NCBI GenBank assembly: GCA_963823765.1
Contig: CAWGML010000001.1
Span: forward strand, 323,642 to 387,641
Source of the DNA: Candidatus Dormiibacterota bacterium
GTDB taxonomy: Bacteria; Chloroflexota; Dormibacteria; Aeolococcales; Aeolococcaceae
Length of the DNA: 64,000 nucleotides
Direction of reading: 5' to 3'
Of the stretch, positions 58,587 to 64,000 are shown in pieces (position 1 is the first letter of the stretch; the number at the start of each line of letters is the position of its first letter). The translations under genes and the position numbers were made by a program. The notes below the pieces were generated by a model. The model was not told where the DNA came from, did no database searches, and saw only the letters and a program-made list of their open reading frames with translations.

Positions 58587-59366
58587 GTGGTAGACCGAGG
58601 GCGTCGCGGGGTGGTGACCCTGGGGGACCAGGCGCTGCTGTTCGCGGCTGCGGTGCGGGGGGCGTTCCAGAGGCCCTTCTATGGGGCGGAGTTCCTCGAG
58701 CAGTGCCGGTTCATCCTGGTGTCGTGCGCGGTGCCGCTGGCGCTCACCGGGCTGGGCTGGGGGACGATCGTGGCCCTGGAGGCGGGCAACTTCTTCAAGC
58801 TGGCCAGCGCGGAGTGGCGGATCGGCGGCTTCATGGTGCTCGCCAACGTGCGCGAGTTCGCCCCGGTGGCCACCGGGCTGATGGTGGCGGCGGTGTGCGG
58901 GACGGCGATCACCGCCGACCTGGGGGCTCGCAAGGTCCGCGACGAGCTCGAGGCGATCAGCGTGATGGGGATCAGCAACGTGCTCTTCATCGTGGTGCCG
59001 CGCTTTTTGGCGCTGGCGGTGATGACCGCCCTCTACAACATCCCCATGATCATCTTCACCTGCCTCTCCGGCTACCTCGCCTCGGTCGCCCTGGTGGGGG
59101 TGAACAGCGGGGCCTTCATCAGCACCTTCTACACCCAGGGCACCCTCCAGGACCTGTACGGCGGCGAGCTGAAGTGCGTCATCTTCGGGATGCTCATCGC
59201 CACGGTGTGCTGCTACAAGGGGATCACCGCGCGGGGTGGGGCCGAGGGGGTGGCCCGGGCGGTGCACCAGTCGGTGGTGGCCTGCTTCGTGAGCATCCAG
59301 ATCATCGAGTACCTGTACACCCCGACCGTGCTCGCCCTCTTCCACTCCAACAACGTGCTGCGCTAG
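58587..59366 (+). CDS. yrbEA: MlaE/YrbE-type ABC permease A
   Basis: 259 aa with AVCGTAITADLGARKVRDELEAISVMGI, a typical YrbE/MlaE motif. Confidence 0.85.
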   Translation: MVDRGRRGVVTLGDQALLFAAAVRGAFQRPFYGAEFLEQCRFILVSCAVPLALTGLGWGTIVALEAGNFFKLASAEWRIGGFMVLANVREFAPVATGLMVAAVCGTAITADLGARKVRDELEAISVMGISNVLFIVVPRFLALAVMTALYNIPMIIFTCLSGYLASVALVGVNSGAFISTFYTQGTLQDLYGGELKCVIFGMLIATVCCYKGITARGGAEGVARAVHQSVVACFVSIQIIEYLYTPTVLALFHSNNVLR

Positions 59367-59375
59367 GCGAGCGAG

Positions 59376-60238
59376 GTGGCCGTCGTCTTCTCCCCGCCCA
59401 CCAAGCCGCCGCGCCGGCGCGTCCGCCCGCGCGGGCCGGCAAGCCGTCGCGGCTGGCGGGGGCGCGCAACGGGCTGGAGACGCTCGGCAAGGTGGTCAAC
59501 TTCGCGGGCGGGGCGATCGCCCACATCCCGGTCTCGACGCGCTACATGCGCGAGGTCTGGTGGTACGCGGCCTTCCTGGCGATCGGCTCGACCCCGATCG
59601 CGCTGGTGCTCACCTACTTCACCGGCAGCGAGTGCTCGATCGAGGCGTACTACTCGCTCTCCCAGATCGGCGCCCAGTCGCTGGCCGGGGTCTTCAACGC
59701 CATCTGCGACACCCGCGAGATCACCCCGCTCTTCTTCGGCTTCGCCATCGGCGCCAAGGTGGGCTGCGGGCTGGTCGCCGAGCTGGGCACGATGCGCGTC
59801 AACGAGGAGATCGACGCCCTGGAGGTGATGGGCATCCCCTCGAAGATCTACCTGGTGAGCACGCGCATGCTGGCCTGCTTCATCGTGCTCCCCTTCATGT
59901 ACATCCTCTCGCTGGGGGTGAGCTACCTGGGCTCCTACGTGGTCCAGATGGTGCAGGTGCCCAGCGGCACCATCAGCAGCGGGGTGTACTCCGACTACTT
60001 CTTCCGCTTCCTCAACGTCCAGGACCTCTTCTTCTCGATGATCAAGGCGGTGGTCTTCGCCTTTCTGATCGTCTGCGTGGCCGTCTACTACGGCTACAAC
60101 GTCACCGGCGGCGCCGTGGGCATCGGCAAGGCCGTGGCCAAGACCATGGCCGTGGCCCTGGTGGTCACCGTGGTCGTCAACGCCCTGCTGACCCAGATCT
60201 TCTGGGGGACCAACCCCAATCTCCCCATCGCCACGTAA
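59376..60238 (+). CDS. yrbEB: MlaE/YrbE-type ABC permease B (start uncertain, possible N-terminal frame break)
   Basis: The core in the frame of ORF 58703..60238 has GCGLVAELGTMRVNEEIDALEVMGI. The first in-frame start after the yrbEA stop is GTG 59492. GTG 59376 is in another frame and would need a shift near 59430-59445. Confidence 0.75.
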
Positions 60239-60355
60239 CGAGGTGAGCGTGTCCGACCCCCCGCCAGCACCGCCCCCGCCCCCGACCGGGCCACCGCCAC
60301 CGCGCCCCCGCCGGCGGCGTCGTCGCCGTCCGCCAACGGCGCCCGCGCCAAGAAC

Positions 60356-61198
60356 GTGCCCGGCCAGGACCACCCCGCCTACACCGACCTGCGCACCCCG
60401 CTCGGGGAGCGCCCCGAGACCCAGTCGCAGTCGACGTGGGAGAAGGAGGCGGTGATCGAGCTGCGCGACGTCCACAAGGCGTTCGGCCAGTTCAAGGTGC
60501 TCGACGGGGTGACCTGCCGCATCCCCAAGGGGGAGATCAGCGTGCTCATGGGCCCCAGCGGCACCGGCAAGAGCGTCACCCTGCGCCACATCGTGGGCCT
60601 GCTGCCCCCCGACCGCGGCGACATCTTCGTGGCCGACCGCGACGTGCCCCTGCTCAACGAGGACGAGCTCCTCGAGCTGCGCCGGGGCATCGGCATGCTC
60701 TTCCAGGACGGCGCCCTGTTCAGCTCGATGAGCCTCTACGACAACGTCGCCTTCCCGCTCCGCCAGCACACCAAGAAGAGCGAGGCCGACATCCGCGAGA
60801 TCGTCATGGACCGGCTCACCGAGGTGGGCCTGGCCGGCGCCGAGAAGCGCATGCCCAACGAGCTCAGTGGGGGCATGCGCAAGCGCGCCGGCTTCGCCCG
60901 CGCCCTGGTCATGGAGCCCAAGATCCTCCTCTTCGACGAGCCCGACAGCGGCCTGGACCCGGTGCGCACCACCCTGCTCTGCGACCTCATCAGGGAGATC
61001 AGCGCAAAATACAAGGCAACCTCGATCGTGGTCAGTCACGACGTCGGCGCGGTGCGTCGCTTCGCCGACAACATCGGCATCCTCTACAAGGGGAAGATGC
61101 GCCACTTCGGCAACAAGCAGGAGATCGAGGAGTCCGACGACGAGTTCGTCCACCAGTTCTTCAACGCCTCCGGTGAGGGGCCACTCGGCATGGACTGA
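60356..61198 (+). CDS. mkl: Mkl/MceG (MlaF-like) ABC ATPase
   Basis: Walker A GPSGTGKS, signature LSGGMRKRA, Walker B LLFDEPDSGLD. The first in-frame start is GTG 60356. A likely true start at GTG 60243/60249 (GAGG upstream) is separated from it by a C6 tract. Confidence 0.85.
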   Translation: MPGQDHPAYTDLRTPLGERPETQSQSTWEKEAVIELRDVHKAFGQFKVLDGVTCRIPKGEISVLMGPSGTGKSVTLRHIVGLLPPDRGDIFVADRDVPLLNEDELLELRRGIGMLFQDGALFSSMSLYDNVAFPLRQHTKKSEADIREIVMDRLTEVGLAGAEKRMPNELSGGMRKRAGFARALVMEPKILLFDEPDSGLDPVRTTLLCDLIREISAKYKATSIVVSHDVGAVRRFADNIGILYKGKMRHFGNKQEIEESDDEFVHQFFNASGEGPLGMD

Positions 61199-61218
61199 CA
61201 GGAAGGGATGACAGGAAG

Positions 61219-62355
61219 GTGAGCGTGTCGAAGTCGACGATCGCAGGCGTCGCGGTTGCAGCCGTCCTCGTGGGAGGAGCGGGTTTCGCGATCCTGTCGC
61301 CGCGCGCGCTCGGCACCAAGTACCACCAGTTCCAGGTCAGCTTCCCCACGGCGGACGGGCTGGTGTCGGGCAGCGACGTGCTCGAAGCCGGCTCGAAGAT
61401 CGGCACCATCAGCGAGATCACGGCGACGCAGGACAACACTGCGGTGGTCACCGTGCAGATCGCGGACGACCACTGGCCACTCCACAGCGGGCTGACCGCC
61501 GACATCCGCCCCAAGTCGCTGCTCGGCGAGAAGTACATCGACATCCATGACGGCAGTACCAGCAAGCCGCCGTTCAACCCGACGGCGGTCCTGCACGAGA
61601 CGCAGCAGGCGGTCCCCGTCGAGCTCGACCAGTTCGTCAACAGCCTCGACGAGCCGACCCGCAACGCGGCGCGCATCCTCCTCAGCGACCTCGGCGCCGG
61701 CGTCGCCGGGCGCGGCCAGAGCCTCAACGAGGCCATCGCAGCAGGCAAGTCCAACCTCGCCAACCTCGCCGTGTTCGGCACCACGCTCAACAACCGCGAC
61801 CCCGACCTCGACCGCATCCTCGTCGGCCTCGACGGCGTGCTCAGCAAGATCACCACCAGCGACCAGCTCACCCAGCTGAGCCAGCTGATCACCCATGGCC
61901 AGCAGACGCTGAACGCCATCGAGACCCAGCAGACCGCCTTCAGCCGGCAGTTCGTCGACGCTCAGACCGCGCTCGGCGAGTTGAACAACGCGATCGACAC
62001 GGCCGTGCCCTCGCTCCGCGCCACCCTCAACGTGGCGCCCCAGCTGCTCAGCGCCACCAACCAGGAGGCGAACCTGCTCGCCTTCCTCGGCTCCAAGGCG
62101 AACAACTCCACCGTGCTGAACGCGCTCGACCAGGGGCTCGTGCAGGGCCCCACCACCACCGGCGGTGCGCTGGAGACCTACAGCAACGGGGCCAAGCCGG
62201 AGCCGATCTTCCGCATCTGCCTGGCCAACCCCAACATGGGCGCCTCATCCTGCGTGGGCAGCGGGTTCAGCGCGCCGGGCGCCGAATCGGTCCCCGCCTC
62301 GTTCAACTCCGGCCAGAGCGACATGAACGTCCTCGCCGCCTGGTTGGGGGACTAG
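61219..62355 (+). CDS. MCE (MlaD-domain) family protein
   Basis: N-terminal TM (IAGVAVAAVLVGGAGFAIL). Mce domain with VLEAGSKIGTISEI and IRPKSLLGEKYIDI. Confidence 0.85.
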   Translation: MSVSKSTIAGVAVAAVLVGGAGFAILSPRALGTKYHQFQVSFPTADGLVSGSDVLEAGSKIGTISEITATQDNTAVVTVQIADDHWPLHSGLTADIRPKSLLGEKYIDIHDGSTSKPPFNPTAVLHETQQAVPVELDQFVNSLDEPTRNAARILLSDLGAGVAGRGQSLNEAIAAGKSNLANLAVFGTTLNNRDPDLDRILVGLDGVLSKITTSDQLTQLSQLITHGQQTLNAIETQQTAFSRQFVDAQTALGELNNAIDTAVPSLRATLNVAPQLLSATNQEANLLAFLGSKANNSTVLNALDQGLVQGPTTTGGALETYSNGAKPEPIFRICLANPNMGASSCVGSGFSAPGAESVPASFNSGQSDMNVLAAWLGD

Positions 62356-62357
62356 CG

Positions 62358-63434
62358 ATGCGCAGCCGCTGGAACCTGCCGATCTGGTTGCTGTACGTGG
62401 GCCTCTGCCTGCTGGTGCTCGGCTTCATCGTGCGCGGCCTCGAGTTCGGCGTCCCCTGGAGCCATCCCTACCAGGTCACGGCGACGTTCTCTGACGCCGA
62501 CAGCATCCTCGCCAACAACGAGGTGTTCCTCAACGGCACCAAGGTCGGCTACGTCAAGACGGTGAGCGTGACCAACGGCCAGGCCCACGTCCAGATGGTG
62601 TTCGACAACACGTCCGCGGTACCGCTGCACACCGACGCCACCGCGCAGGTCCGCAAGAAGAACCTCCTCGGCGAGACCTACATCGACCTCACCCGCGGCA
62701 ACGGCCCCGCGCAGCTCCAGTCGGGCGGCAACATCCCGGTCAGCCACACCGTGCCGATCACGGAGATCGACCAGGTGCTGGCGGTCTTCGACCCGGAGAC
62801 CGTGCAGCGCGTGCAGCTGCTCATCAACGCCCTCGGCGAGGGGACGACCAACAACGGCGACGCGATGAACAGCTCCGCCGGCTCGCTCAACAACCTGGTC
62901 AGCGCGCTCAACGGTCCCGCGACCGAGCTCTCCATCCGCAAGCAGCAGGTCAACGACATCGTCCTCGAGCTGCAGAAGTTCTACGACGTGCTCGCCAAGC
63001 AGCGCGAGCAGGTGCGCCAGGAGTTCGGCACCTGGACTGCGGTCATGCAGCAGCTCGCCGCGCAGGAGTCCTCGATCGGCGGCACCGTGCAGCAGGCGGA
63101 CACGCTTCTGCAGAACCTCGACGTGCTGGTCAGCGGCGAGAGCGGCAACCTGCGTTCGACCTTCAGCCAGCTGCCCGGCACCCTGTCCCAGGTCAACGCG
63201 TTCCTCGACCAGAGCACCGGCATTCTCAGCAACCTGGCTCACTACCGCTCGGCCATCCACGACGTCTTCCCCAACCTGGGCAGCTCCTTCTTCGACATCG
63301 ACCCGAACAACCACCAGCACTTCTGGTCGGTCTTCTCCGTGAACTGCAGCGGCGACTGCACCTCGCAGGCCTCAGAGGTGACGCCCAACTCGAGCGCTCC
63401 CAACGCCAGCTGGGCCGCGGCGATGGGAGGCTGA
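62358..63434 (+). CDS. MCE (MlaD-domain) family protein
   Basis: TM helix (WLLYVGLCLLVLGFIV), VFLNGTKVGYVKTV and VRKKNLLGETYIDL. Confidence 0.85.
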   Translation: MRSRWNLPIWLLYVGLCLLVLGFIVRGLEFGVPWSHPYQVTATFSDADSILANNEVFLNGTKVGYVKTVSVTNGQAHVQMVFDNTSAVPLHTDATAQVRKKNLLGETYIDLTRGNGPAQLQSGGNIPVSHTVPITEIDQVLAVFDPETVQRVQLLINALGEGTTNNGDAMNSSAGSLNNLVSALNGPATELSIRKQQVNDIVLELQKFYDVLAKQREQVRQEFGTWTAVMQQLAAQESSIGGTVQQADTLLQNLDVLVSGESGNLRSTFSQLPGTLSQVNAFLDQSTGILSNLAHYRSAIHDVFPNLGSSFFDIDPNNHQHFWSVFSVNCSGDCTSQASEVTPNSSAPNASWAAAMGG

Positions 63435-63436
63435 GG

Positions 63437-64000
63437 ATGGACCGCAGGCGCGTGCTCGTCAACGGCGGCATCCTGGCCGTGTTCACGATCTTCTGTGTGC
63501 TGGTGATGGAGTTCCTGGCGATCAACATCGGCCAGCCCAACCCGCTCTCGTCCAACTACACCCTGCACGCGGTGTTCGCCGACGCCGATGGGATCCCCAC
63601 CGCCGCGGACGTGCGGGCCAGCGGTGTCGGCGTTGGCAAGGTCACGTCGATCTCCCACGACCGGAACAGCCCCGGCTACACGGTGGTGACCATCCAGGTC
63701 AGTGACACCCAGGCGGTGCCCGTGTACAGCAACGGCTTCGCCAAGGTCCGCCCCAAGACGCTGCTCGGTGAGAAGTACATCGACCTCACCGTCGGGTCGT
63801 CCGCCGCGGGAGAGGCGATCGCCTCGGGTGGCTACCTTCCCGTGGCGGAGACCGGCAAGGACGTCTCCAACGACGAGATCTTCAACGCGTTCGACAGCAC
63901 CACTCGCGCCCAGCAGCAGCAGGTGCTGGCCGCGCTGGACAATGCCACCAAGGGCCGCGCCGGCGACATCCAGTCGATCCTGCCCCAGCTCCAGCAGGTG
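63437..64000 (+). CDS. MCE (MlaD-domain) family protein, partial (runs off the window end)
   Basis: Own translation from ATG 63437: MDRRRVLVNGGILAVFTIFCVLVMEFLAINIG...VRASGVGVGKVTSI...VRPKTLLGEKYIDLTVG... It is open to 64000 and absent from the ORF track because no stop lies in the window. Confidence 0.8.
   Translation, partial: MDRRRVLVNGGILAVFTIFCVLVMEFLAINIGQPNPLSSNYTLHAVFADADGIPTAADVRASGVGVGKVTSISHDRNSPGYTVVTIQVSDTQAVPVYSNGFAKVRPKTLLGEKYIDLTVGSSAAGEAIASGGYLPVAETGKDVSNDEIFNAFDSTTRAQQQQVLAALDNATKGRAGDIQSILPQLQQV

Noticed and set aside
58495-58593. 32-codon upstream ORF overlapping the yrbEA start
   Set aside because: It has only a weak AGGA upstream and unremarkable composition. It is too short to evaluate without conservation or ribosome-profiling data. 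It is mentioned under the Mce finding but not called as a feature.
60243-60455. 70-aa Pro/Arg-rich ORF as an independent gene
   Set aside because: Its second half overlaps the ATPase out of frame and is pure Arg/Pro filler. The first codons are better explained as the true start of mkl, displaced by a homopolymer indel.

Overview
This is 64 kb of very GC-rich bacterial chromosome. GC is roughly 70 percent by eye; a few hand-counted 60-nt lines range from 53 to 80 percent. The gene content looks actinobacterial: imuA'-imuB-dnaE2 behind a GAAC-N4-GTTC LexA box, a YrbE/Mce operon, DinB-type proteins, a ROK kinase beside ppk, and many GTGA/ATGA stop-start overlaps. I can support about 66 protein-coding loci, two tRNA-Ser genes, one SOS promoter/operator, several palindromic operator candidates and a few hairpins. 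I saw no rRNA, CRISPR array, transposase, integrase or phage genes.

Blocks along the window:
- 1-6.5 kb: polyphosphate cluster (CYTH/CHAD, ppk, ppx, ROK kinase, Nudix).
- 6.5-9.6 kb: lipoprotein plus a large membrane protein.
- 9.7-15.1 kb: TetR plus a Liv-type ABC importer.
- 15.2-21 kb: TetR plus acyl-CoA dehydrogenase, MaoC, SDR, alcohol dehydrogenase and aldehyde dehydrogenase.
- 21.4-27.5 kb: SDR, YceI, MBL-rhodanese, YeiH-type exporter and a two-component system.
- 27.5-33 kb: NAD(P)HX dehydratase, histidine phosphatase, a 544-aa Cys-rich secreted protein, class II aldolase and a GGDEF protein.
- 33.2-36.2 kb: lower-GC patch with a lipoprotein and a beta-helix surface protein, ending at tRNA-Ser(UGA).
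- 36.3-38.4 kb: ArsR/SRPBCC module.
- 38.4-45.7 kb: a complete homogentisate (tyrosine) catabolic route, split by tRNA-Ser(GCU) and headed by a heme-oxygenase-like iron enzyme.
- 49.2-55.4 kb: LexA-controlled imuA'-imuB-ORF84-dnaE2 cassette.
- 55.4-58.3 kb: GT2-GtrA-GAF, CPBP protease and an anchored protein.
- 58.6-64 kb: yrbEA-yrbEB-mkl-mce operon.

The most pervasive signal is reading-frame breakage. At least 11 well-supported single-site breaks occur in 10 otherwise intact conserved genes, and about 6 more are tentative. Several sit at G/C homopolymers. This points to indel-type consensus errors, or less likely to very recent pseudogenisation or slippage-prone tracts.

Best candidates for new biology:
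- The small ORF translationally coupled to imuB inside the mutasome cassette.
- The heme-oxygenase-like enzyme heading the hppD-hmgA operon.
- The GAF-fused glycosyltransferase operon.
- The Cys-rich secreted protein.
- The GGTAACC palindromes around the ArsR module.

All family calls come from motif recognition by eye. No searches were run.
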